From Myxococcota bacterium (GTDB lineage Bacteria; Myxococcota; XYA12-FULL-58-9; JABJBS01), in assembly GCA_036339465.1 (NCBI GenBank), contig JAYZAY010000078.1:6021-70020 (forward strand): a DNA stretch of 64,000 bases, in the 5' to 3' direction. Position numbers and translations under genes: made by a program. The notes beneath the pieces were generated by a model. The model ran no database searches. It worked only from the letters and a program-made list of their open reading frames with translations, and was not told the DNA's origin. Each line of letters begins with the position of its first letter. Positions within the stretch are counted from its first letter, which is position 1. This document shows, in pieces, positions 20,467 through 29,421 of the stretch.

Positions 20467-21177
20467 GAACCACCTTAACGATAAATCAGGAAATATGGAT
20501 TTCCCCCGTGGAGGTCAAACATCTCAAACATCCCCTAAGAGACCCCTGGGTTTTTCTGACTTTCCTTCACAATAACCCACAAAAAATCGGCACAACAGAC
20601 CGCGGATCAGAAATGGTCTCACTTTGCATATCCAAGTAACTCGGCTCAAAATGAATGACCACTCAGCTTGTTGGGAATGGGCCTCTAAGCAAGGAAAGCT
20701 CAAGAGTCGAAATAGAACACGCAGCCATGATAATGACCCGGGAAATTATCTTTGTTTCGCCACAGGAGAGCACAAGCACATCGGGTAAGGTCCCCATATA
20801 TGCCCCTCCTGGTGAGCTCGTTTGCACCGGGAAAAGCGTCTGACGCTCAAATAAAGCATTTCTTTTCCTACCAGTGAAAACCAGCGACCAACCCTATCAA
20901 GCGAAACCTAAGCCCCCCCAAAAAAAAACGGAAAAATTCACCGACGAAACATACCCCCCCGGTCATGAGATAACACGTCGAGTCAGCCATTATCTTTTCT
21001 ATGGCCTCCATTTTTTATCCTTCTTCCGCCACCATTTGGAAAAAAGACCGAAAATTACATGATTTTCCTTTCAAACACACACTCTCGTAAGGATAAACCC
21101 TGTGGGCTACATGTAGGTACATTTGGTACACTATGTGCATGGATTTAGGAAACCCAACCCTTGAGTAGAGCGCAACC

Positions 21178-21735
21178 ATGGTCAGACCCAAACCAGCCAC
21201 ATTTGGAATTATTCTTGGAACTCTCTTGTTCTCAACCACTGCAGAGAGCGCCCCGGAAAATCCAACCCAAACCAATTTTCGACCTGAACTGACTTTCAAT
21301 GTCGATGGATTGCCCGAAATAAGCGCAGCCGCTACTCAGAAAACAGTGACTGAACCCTCGCCGTGGAAACGCCCAATAGCCAAGTTACCGCGCACCAAAA
21401 ACCAAGTTAAAATGACAGTTCAACAATTCAAAACAGGCCTCTCTTCATGCTTTGTGATTCGAAAGCATGAAAAAGTGAAAGACAAAATCGAAAGAAAAAT
21501 CATGGCAAAATTCACCATCAATCCCGATGGAACCGTTCAAGCCATACATTTACGCAGTAAATCAAAGGATATGAGACTGCTCTATAAATGCACACGCCGA
21601 CGCCTCAAAGGATGGCAATTTGGTTCGGCTAGAGAAAAAGTGCGGATCATACTCCCCATTCACTATCGCTACGAAAACGAAACGACCGATAGCCTCCCGC
21701 TCCATGCCGCCCTTGTTCAGATTCAAACAAAATAA
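21178..21735 (+). CDS. Secreted protein with AgmX/PglI (TonB C-terminal-like) domain
   Basis: Signal peptide; LSSCF...AKFTINPDGTV...KCTRRRLKGWQF...IILPIHY. Confidence 0.7.
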   Translation: MVRPKPATFGIILGTLLFSTTAESAPENPTQTNFRPELTFNVDGLPEISAAATQKTVTEPSPWKRPIAKLPRTKNQVKMTVQQFKTGLSSCFVIRKHEKVKDKIERKIMAKFTINPDGTVQAIHLRSKSKDMRLLYKCTRRRLKGWQFGSAREKVRIILPIHYRYENETTDSLPLHAALVQIQTK

Positions 21736-21860
21736 AAGAAATCGCTTCTACTCTCCTCCAAACAAGAGTTTACAATCCTCTAAAACCTCCGCAGAATGTC
21801 TACCGGGACGAATCAACAAAGGTTCAACGCGCTGATGCTTCCTGTGAAATCAAGGACAAA

Positions 21861-22310
21861 AGATTGAATATCCAGACAAACAATACCTGAATTACTTGAG
21901 ACCGTTTGTTCTGCAAACAAAGCGGAGAAATGTGGGACCAAATCATCGAAGTCAATCTCACCGCGGCATTTCAAATGCCTCAGGGCGCCACAAAGATCAT
22001 GGTACCCAAAAAACTCTGGGGCATCCCAAACGCAACATAGGTGGTTGCTCGCTGAGCTAATGTGGGCCGAACAAATGAGGCTGCGATAAGGTGGGTATGC
22101 TCACTCACCAAAACCCCGACCAAAGAACCCGGCCAAAAGGTATCCGAGTCAATCCGACCGCCCCCGGTTTCACATACAGGGAAATGGTCGGCAGGATCCC
22201 ACAAGACCTCTCTTGCCCCTACGGCCAATCCCCGAAATTGCAAATACCAACGGCTTCTTGGGATCGACAAAAGCACCATCCATCACCACAGCGCTATTGA
22301 ATGCCCATGA
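21861..22310 (+). pseudogene. FabG/PhbB-like SDR remnant
   Basis: NNT*IT*DRLF..WDQIIEVNLTAAF...VVAR*ANVGRTNEAA, then in another frame KGIRVNPTAPGF. Multiple stops and a frameshift. Confidence 0.8.
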
Positions 22311-22387
22311 CAGGTTGATTCTAGCTAATTGCAATTAGGCAACTACCTGTGATTCACTCTTAAAATAAGTGAGTTTAAAGTAATAAT

Positions 22388-23866
22388 ATGGTGAAAGCCT
22401 CCCCAAATACGCCAAAATGGCGGCGACTACTTTGGCCATTGATTGTTTTGGCTGTGTTTTTGACCCCAACTCTTTATTGGGACTCAATCCTCACGGAAGT
22501 AGGAACGGAGGTCATTACCCAAACCATTCAAATCATCCGATACTCATTCGCTACGCTCGCCTGGCTCAGTATCGCTTGGCTGGTCATTCGACTTTTGGAT
22601 GTATTCTTTTGGGAGATGCTCGTTGCCCCCTCACTCGGCGGCAAAGTTCCCCGACTTCTCAAAGACGTGCTGGCCGCAATCGTTTTCCTCCTCGCGATTA
22701 CAGGAATCGTGGGAGGCGTCTTTGAGCTTCCCGTTACTGGCCTCTGGGCGACCTCGGGAGTCGTCGGTTTAGTGGTTGGCCTCGCTCTCCAAAGCATGAT
22801 CTCCGACGTTTTTTCAGGAATCGCCATCAACATAGACCGTCCCTATATTATCGGTGACTGGATCCAAGTCCATGTTCGCGGTATCGATCTCATGATTGGG
22901 TGTGTGGAAGAAGTGAATTGGCGCTCCACAAAAATACTAACCAAAGACAATGTCATGCACATGGTACCGAATCATCTTATCAACCAAATCGTGGTCACCA
23001 ATCTATCTCGCCCTCAACTCAACAGTCGCTTTGAACTCCTCTTCTGCATCGATTTCTCCGTCTCATCGGAGCGGGCCCTCCGAATATTGAATGCAGGTGT
23101 ACTGGCGTGTGACGGTATTCTCAAAGAACCCGCCCCAAAAGCCAGAGTCAACCAAATTACCTCACGCGGGGTTGAATATTACGTTCGCTACTGGCTAAAT
23201 CCAAAACAATTCAGTCCCAGTAAAGGACGTCATGCGGTATGCAGCAGTATCTTGAACCACCTCCACCAAGCTGGAGTCACACTGGCCTACCATAAACAAG
23301 ATGTTTTCATCGCCAACATGCCCAATCGACAACTCGACATTGAAATTGACCGAATTCAGCTCCTTAGACGTGTCGACTTGGCAAAGCACCTCACCGAAGA
23401 CGAACTCGCTACCCTCAGCCAAAACATGAAAAGGCACGACCTCGACAAAGGTTCGGTCATCGTGAACGAAGGAGAGCAAGGGGACTCCATGTACCTTCTT
23501 GTGGAAGGGCTCCTGTCTGTTTATCGAGCTGTAGGCGAAGGTGATGGATACCACACTACCCGTGTCGGGAAATTGGGCCCCGGTCAGTACTTTGGTGAAA
23601 TGTCTTTACTCACGGGAGAACCCCGAAGTGCAACTGTTCAGTGCATCACCTCCTCGGTTGTGTATGAAATATCACATGGGGGACTCAAAAAGATATTAGG
23701 CTCCAGACCCGAACTCGCCGAAGCCATTGCCCTAACCGTGGCTAAGCGCCGAGTGGACCTGGCTCAAGCAGAAAAAAATGCCAACCACCAAAACGTTGAC
23801 GGTCATTCAGACTCTTCGGTGACCAATGACCTACTCAACCGGATCCGTTCATTCTTCTTTGGATGA
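22388..23866 (+). CDS. MscS mechanosensitive channel with C-terminal cyclic-nucleotide-binding domain
   Basis: GLALQ..DVFSGI..RPY.IGDWI, NWRST; GDSMY, YFGEMSLLTGEPRSATV. Confidence 0.93.
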   Translation: MVKASPNTPKWRRLLWPLIVLAVFLTPTLYWDSILTEVGTEVITQTIQIIRYSFATLAWLSIAWLVIRLLDVFFWEMLVAPSLGGKVPRLLKDVLAAIVFLLAITGIVGGVFELPVTGLWATSGVVGLVVGLALQSMISDVFSGIAINIDRPYIIGDWIQVHVRGIDLMIGCVEEVNWRSTKILTKDNVMHMVPNHLINQIVVTNLSRPQLNSRFELLFCIDFSVSSERALRILNAGVLACDGILKEPAPKARVNQITSRGVEYYVRYWLNPKQFSPSKGRHAVCSSILNHLHQAGVTLAYHKQDVFIANMPNRQLDIEIDRIQLLRRVDLAKHLTEDELATLSQNMKRHDLDKGSVIVNEGEQGDSMYLLVEGLLSVYRAVGEGDGYHTTRVGKLGPGQYFGEMSLLTGEPRSATVQCITSSVVYEISHGGLKKILGSRPELAEAIALTVAKRRVDLAQAEKNANHQNVDGHSDSSVTNDLLNRIRSFFFG

Positions 23867-23870
23867 TTTT

Positions 23871-25019
23871 ATGCACAAACAAACGCGACAACTCATTTTA
23901 TTGGCAACTCTCGCCCATGGCATCCTAAGCTGTAAGACTCACCCTCCAAGAAAGACCACGATCCAGAAAACTCAGCAGGCCAATTCGGTGAGTATTGTCA
24001 GCTACCAAAAAGTTTCATGCTTTTCAGAATCATATCAAAAAGAGACAGGGTTAACCTGCGAACCTTCGGCCATCCTCGCTAGCCATCATCACCTCATCAT
24101 AGCGACGGACAAAACCGACCCCACCGCCCAAATAAGCCCTCTATTCAAAATCAATGGAGGACAGAAACAGGACCTAAATAACCCCTCGATTTTGAGGTCC
24201 AAAAAATTTGAGAGTCTAACCATGCTCCCAAATACCGGTTTGGTCGTCGCCTGTACTGGATTCACGAGATACCAAGAATCAGATCCAAAATACGACCCCT
24301 ACAATACCTGTCTCTACTGGGATCCAAATAAAGAAAGCTCAGTTAGAATCCTCGCGGAAACAACACGCAAAGACATAAAAAGCTCCCTTTCCCTTCGCAC
24401 CAAGATACAAGAGACCCTACGCTCCATCCATAATAACAAGCTTCCCGCTTTTTTTAAGGTTGAAGGTCTGGCCGCAATTCCAGGGAATCGAATCATCTTT
24501 GGAATCAGGGAAATCGGCGAATCCTATAAAAATCCAGACTTTGTAGTCGCCATGGTTGAAACAACCTATTCCATCACAGACAACGGCGTTCTCTCCCTCG
24601 GAGATTCCATGCGATTACTCTACAACGTAAATCTGGATGCTCCGATCAAACCCGTCGGCCTTTCCAGTATAGAATACGACCCTATCGATGACCAACTTCT
24701 CATGCTGACAAGTTTCGAATTAGGTGACAGAGCAGAAGACCGAGGTGCATTTATATGGACTCTACCCATGGACGCCCTTGAAAAGGGTCTGCCGCCAACA
24801 CCAGTCAATGGCCCCAACGGAAAAATTCTCCGCCTCGCCAATAAAGCGGAAGGCCTGACCACGACTTCTCAAAATGAGCTCATCATTATTTTCGATGACG
24901 ACCGCATAACCGACGCAAACAGTCCATCTCAACAAGGCTTTCACCCCAGGGCATTGCATGAAGCTTGGCTCGTTAAACTTAAGTGGATAAATGCCAAAAA
25001 CACAAAGCCCACCCAATAA
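23871..25019 (+). CDS. Hypothetical lipoprotein, probable beta-propeller (phytase/esterase-like)
   Basis: Lipobox ILSC; repeated blades CEPSA, KFESLT, KVEGLA, GLSSIEYD, KAEGLT, ending IFDDDR. Confidence 0.65.
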   Translation: MHKQTRQLILLATLAHGILSCKTHPPRKTTIQKTQQANSVSIVSYQKVSCFSESYQKETGLTCEPSAILASHHHLIIATDKTDPTAQISPLFKINGGQKQDLNNPSILRSKKFESLTMLPNTGLVVACTGFTRYQESDPKYDPYNTCLYWDPNKESSVRILAETTRKDIKSSLSLRTKIQETLRSIHNNKLPAFFKVEGLAAIPGNRIIFGIREIGESYKNPDFVVAMVETTYSITDNGVLSLGDSMRLLYNVNLDAPIKPVGLSSIEYDPIDDQLLMLTSFELGDRAEDRGAFIWTLPMDALEKGLPPTPVNGPNGKILRLANKAEGLTTTSQNELIIIFDDDRITDANSPSQQGFHPRALHEAWLVKLKWINAKNTKPTQ

Positions 25020-25115
25020 ATCTCCCAAAAACAGACAAAAGCGCTCACTCAACTCCTATTGCCCTCTAGACAACCGGATTTCCAGGCCTTAAACCAAGGT
25101 CATAGGAGTTTGAAG

Positions 25116-25949
25116 ATGGGTATTACCGAATTTAATGGAACCAAGAGTTATTTAACATCCGCGGAACTCCGGGATGCCGTCAATGTCGCCATAGGCCTGG
25201 AAAAACCTCTTTTGATTAAAGGCGAACCTGGAACAGGTAAGACTCTTCTAGCTGAAGCAGTTGCAGAAGCATTGGACACGGAAATTCTAACGTGGAACGT
25301 CAAATCGACGACCAAGGCCCAGGATGGCCTTTATGTCTACGACACCGTTCAGCGCTTGAACGACTCGCGGTTCGGGGAAGGGGACGTGAGCGATATCAGA
25401 CAATATATCAATTATGGCCCTCTGGGGCAAAGCTTCCAAAAAGACCGGCGGGTCGTTCTTCTGATCGATGAAATCGACAAAGCCGATATGGAGTTTCCAA
25501 ATGATCTACTCCATGAAATTGACCGAATGAGTTTTATGGTCAACGAAACCGGCGACCACATCAAAGCCATTTACCGACCCATTGTAATCATAACCTCCAA
25601 TAACGAAAAAGAATTGCCCGACGCTTTCCTGAGACGTTGCGTTTTTCATTACATCTCATTTCCCGGTAAAGAACTTATGACCAATATTGTTAGAGTTCAC
25701 CAACCTGACGTCGAAGAAAGCTTACTTCAAGAATGTCTTGCAAAATTTTACTGGATTCGAGAACAAAAACAAATCCGAAAACACCCTTCCACGAGTGAAT
25801 TGGTGGACTGGATTGCCGCCCTCCGTAGGGCGGGCATAGCCGCTGACAAACTTCAAGAAAAACTTCCCTTCTTAGGCGTTCTCTTAAAGCGAGAAACCGA
25901 CATCGATGCCTGGGAAAATCCACAACCTCGCAAACGCTACGCATGGTAA
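25116..25949 (+). CDS. MoxR-family AAA+ ATPase
   Basis: GEPGTGKT, LLIDEIDKAD, ELPDAFLRRC; AGGAG RBS. Confidence 0.95.
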   Translation: MGITEFNGTKSYLTSAELRDAVNVAIGLEKPLLIKGEPGTGKTLLAEAVAEALDTEILTWNVKSTTKAQDGLYVYDTVQRLNDSRFGEGDVSDIRQYINYGPLGQSFQKDRRVVLLIDEIDKADMEFPNDLLHEIDRMSFMVNETGDHIKAIYRPIVIITSNNEKELPDAFLRRCVFHYISFPGKELMTNIVRVHQPDVEESLLQECLAKFYWIREQKQIRKHPSTSELVDWIAALRRAGIAADKLQEKLPFLGVLLKRETDIDAWENPQPRKRYAW

Positions 25950-25953
25950 ATCG

Positions 25954-27156
25954 ATGTTTCTAGATTTTCTCCTAGACCTCCGAGCAGTGGGGTTAAAGGT
26001 TAGCATGAAAGAATGGCTTACCTTAATCGAAGCTCTCTCTCTCGGGTTTGCTCGAGCAGATCTCACCTCATTCTACCACCTCGCGCGAAACCTTGTGGTA
26101 AAGCGCGAAAGCGAATTCGACTTATACGACCGAGCCTTCGCGTATCATTTTAAAGGCATCGAAACCCATTTTGATATTGACGATGATCTCCTAAACTGGC
26201 TTTCCAACCCAGTGCTGCCACGTGAACTCAGCGAAGAAGACCTAGCAAAGCTTAAGAGCCTTGATCTAGATGAACTTCGCAAGCAATTCGAGGAACGGAT
26301 GCGCGAACAAAACGAAAGACATGACGGTGGAAACCGCTGGGTTGGAACGGGCGGTACTTCCCCTTTTGGGCATGGGGGGCACCACCCATCAGGTGTTCGA
26401 GTCGGCGGACCGGGGGGAGGACGCACCGCGATTCAAGTTGCCGAAGACAGAAAATTTCAGAACCTGCGAACTGACCGCATCCTCGATACCCGTGACATAG
26501 GAGTCGCCCTCAGACGACTCCGTAAATTGGCCAAAGACGAACAACACTTGGAACTTGATCTCCCCGCAAGCATCGACAAAACTGCCAGAGAGGCAGGAGA
26601 GATCGATCTTGTATTTTCTCCTCCCCGACACAACCGCACCAAATTACTCCTTCTCATGGATGTAGGTGGTTCCATGGATCCGTTTGCGGAGCTTTCTGAA
26701 CGACTTTTTAGCGCAGCCCACGCCGCAAGCCACTTTAAAGCATTTAAAGCTTTCATGTTTCACAACTGCGTCTACGAACATCTCTATACAGATATCCACG
26801 CCCATAAGGGCATTTTCACAGAAGACCTACTCAAAGAAATCGACAATACCTGGACGCTGATTTTTGTTGGTGATGCTAGTATGAGCCCCTATGAACTCAG
26901 CCACCAAGGCGGGGCAATTTACTACGGTCATCAAAATGCGACCCCGGGTATTCAATGGCTAAGACGCCTTCGTCAGCGAGTACCAAATTCGGTATGGTTA
27001 AACCCCGAGCCCAAGAAATTTTGGGGAGGCACAACAAGTATTGGAATCATTCATGATGTTTTTCCCATGTATGAATTTACGTTAAGTGGTATCACTGAAG
27101 CCATCGATCACCTGCGGGGTTTATTGGGAACTCATTATCAGCCGCCACTTCATTGA
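25954..27156 (+). CDS. VWA-domain (CoxE-like) partner protein
   Basis: WVGTGGTSPFG, MDVGGSM (MIDAS), FVGDASMSPYE, WLNPEP. Confidence 0.92.
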   Translation: MFLDFLLDLRAVGLKVSMKEWLTLIEALSLGFARADLTSFYHLARNLVVKRESEFDLYDRAFAYHFKGIETHFDIDDDLLNWLSNPVLPRELSEEDLAKLKSLDLDELRKQFEERMREQNERHDGGNRWVGTGGTSPFGHGGHHPSGVRVGGPGGGRTAIQVAEDRKFQNLRTDRILDTRDIGVALRRLRKLAKDEQHLELDLPASIDKTAREAGEIDLVFSPPRHNRTKLLLLMDVGGSMDPFAELSERLFSAAHAASHFKAFKAFMFHNCVYEHLYTDIHAHKGIFTEDLLKEIDNTWTLIFVGDASMSPYELSHQGGAIYYGHQNATPGIQWLRRLRQRVPNSVWLNPEPKKFWGGTTSIGIIHDVFPMYEFTLSGITEAIDHLRGLLGTHYQPPLH

Positions 27157-27357
27157 CAACTCGGACGCCAAATTATCACTCCTGAAAACCGGTTCAATTC
27201 TTTACTTCCAACTCTTCACGGCTCGACTCTTGAGTGTAAAGTCGTTATTATCAACAGTCCATCAGGCGTACCAAAACACAAGCCCCTCTCTAAACGACCA
27301 CCGGGGAAATTCAAGACGTGGAAAATCCCAAAAAGCCTTTTCATTGAGGAATCGCCC

Positions 27358-28125
27358 ATGACCCACCATTCTAACTGGCTCTTTTTACGAGGGCTGGCCC
27401 GGGACAAGAGACATTGGGGCCAATTCGGAGAAATCTTTAGCGAACGTATTAATGGTGCAAAGGTATTTATGCTGGATTTACCTGGAATGGGGACCGAAAG
27501 GCATCGAAGTGCTCCCCTTACCATCAGTGAAACAAAAAATGACCTTAGAAATCGTTGGCGGCATCTTCAAACGCAACATGAAGGCGCCTGGAACCTACTA
27601 AGTCTCTCCCTCGGCGGTATGGTGGCCATGGAATGGTGTGGTAGCCACCCATACGATTTCCAGAAGCTCGTTCTACTCAACACCAGTGCAGGTCGAAGTC
27701 TTTGGAAGTTGCCCAAACGGCTCAAACCCGGGGTCTGGAAAAATATTATCGAGGTAGCCATCACAAAATCGCCACGGAGCAAAGAAGCGTGCATTCTAGG
27801 AATCAACAGCAACCATGGCCCCCAAAGAAACCCTGAACTCTATGAGCAATGGACCCAATACTCAAGCGAAGCTCCAAACTCTCCAGTCAACAACTTTCGC
27901 CAAATAGTCGCAGCTATGAACTACAATCCCCCCGAAAAAATTCATCCACAAACTCTGGTGGTTGGTTCAATGGCAGACCGTATGGTGGATGTATCCTGCT
28001 CCTGGGAATTGGCCCAAAGATACGATACACAGTTAGTGCTCCACGACACAGCCGGGCACGATCTTCCAATGGACGTCCCTGAATGGCTCGTCGATCACAT
28101 CGAACTGTGGTTAAGAGGCCATTGA
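27358..28125 (+). CDS. Alpha/beta hydrolase
   Basis: LRGLAR..HWG, DLPGMG, SLSLGGM nucleophile elbow, GHDLP. Confidence 0.9.
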   Translation: MTHHSNWLFLRGLARDKRHWGQFGEIFSERINGAKVFMLDLPGMGTERHRSAPLTISETKNDLRNRWRHLQTQHEGAWNLLSLSLGGMVAMEWCGSHPYDFQKLVLLNTSAGRSLWKLPKRLKPGVWKNIIEVAITKSPRSKEACILGINSNHGPQRNPELYEQWTQYSSEAPNSPVNNFRQIVAAMNYNPPEKIHPQTLVVGSMADRMVDVSCSWELAQRYDTQLVLHDTAGHDLPMDVPEWLVDHIELWLRGH

Positions 28126-28150
28126 CATAATGGTGGAACCAACACCCCAA

Positions 28151-29305
28151 TCACTGAACGGCACGAAAGAATTTTTCGCTAAGAATAGCGGCCCGCCACC
28201 CTTTAATTCCAGGATGCTCCGCCACGCTACCCACGCTGGTGGGTGGATCCCTCGCGAGGTCTTCTAAACAAGCATTCCCGGCAATCACTTCCGGATCGAC
28301 ACCAATTGCTTCCGCAACCTTTCGACGAACCGCCCGTAAATTTTCATAGACCTGCCGGGGCTGCGGATCCATAAATCGACCGCTTCGCCGTCGACCCATA
28401 TTTTTTGGCGCCGACTCATAGATTGGCTTCGCATTTCGAATTGCTCGGACAATTCTCGTCCCGTAGCGCTGAACACCCAGTTGTTTCAAACCGGGTCTCG
28501 GAGAAAAACTATTCATATCCATCGGAGGCGTTTTCACCAAATCCATCAAGAGCTGATTACTAAAAACCTTAAATGCGGGGCGGTCCAGCTTTTCTGCAAT
28601 CCGATCCCGCAGCAAGAAGAGGGCTTGCAAATAGCCAAGCTCTTGGGGATTCAACTTCTTCGCACCCTTAATTCGCCAAAAACCGTCTTGAGTATGAGCA
28701 GTGGGTCGCTCTAATAAAGTATCCACATGATTCGCGATTCGATCGAAATCCTCTAAAGCCCATTCCAGTCGCCCCATTTCGCGCAAGCTTTCTTCCAACC
28801 GATGGGCCAAATCGGGAAGGAAATGAGTATCGTGCCGAGCATAATACAATTGGGCATCGGTCAAGGGCCGCCGCGACCAGTCAGAACGCTGCAGTGTCTT
28901 ATCGGTCTGAAACTCATAATTTTCTTCTAGGATAGCCCCTAAGCCAAACTTCCGATAACCAAGAAATCGACAAGCAAGCATGGTATCAAAAATTCCCTGA
29001 ATATCGAAACCATAGTCCCTTTTCATACACAAAAGGTCGTAGCCTGCATCGTGAAAGATTTTGATGCGGGTTGGATCCTCAAATAGATCTCGAAGTGGAT
29101 CCAATGTATCAAGCGAAAGGGGATCAATGATCGCATCCCGCCCCCCCACAGTCATTTGAATCAAGCAAACTTTTTCTTGATAACGGTGGTAAGAGTCACT
29201 CTCAGTGTCTACCGCTATCCATCTGTAATTGCGAGTAAATTTAACCCAGGACGCCAACTCTCGGGCAGTCCTTATGTATAAAAAATCATCTCGATTTTCT
29301 TCCAA
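28151..29305 (-). CDS. rnd: Ribonuclease D (DEDDy exonuclease + HRDC)
   Basis: AVDTES, CLIQ, FDTMLA, SDWSRRPL..QL.YA.HD. Confidence 0.92.
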   Translation of the reverse strand: MEENRDDFLYIRTARELASWVKFTRNYRWIAVDTESDSYHRYQEKVCLIQMTVGGRDAIIDPLSLDTLDPLRDLFEDPTRIKIFHDAGYDLLCMKRDYGFDIQGIFDTMLACRFLGYRKFGLGAILEENYEFQTDKTLQRSDWSRRPLTDAQLYYARHDTHFLPDLAHRLEESLREMGRLEWALEDFDRIANHVDTLLERPTAHTQDGFWRIKGAKKLNPQELGYLQALFLLRDRIAEKLDRPAFKVFSNQLLMDLVKTPPMDMNSFSPRPGLKQLGVQRYGTRIVRAIRNAKPIYESAPKNMGRRRSGRFMDPQPRQVYENLRAVRRKVAEAIGVDPEVIAGNACLEDLARDPPTSVGSVAEHPGIKGWRAAILSEKFFRAVQ

Positions 29306-29421
29306 GACTCAGTCCATTTCTCAAGGTTCGTAACTATTATCCCTGCAATAGCGAACAAAATAAAATCATGCCAGATTTTTTCCGTATGCGAATGTCGTTT
29401 GAACGTTCTATACTCCAAAAT

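Noticed and set aside
20912-20960. C7/A9/C7 homopolymer cluster as a phase-variable promoter
   Set aside because: No linked gene start or promoter elements could be identified.
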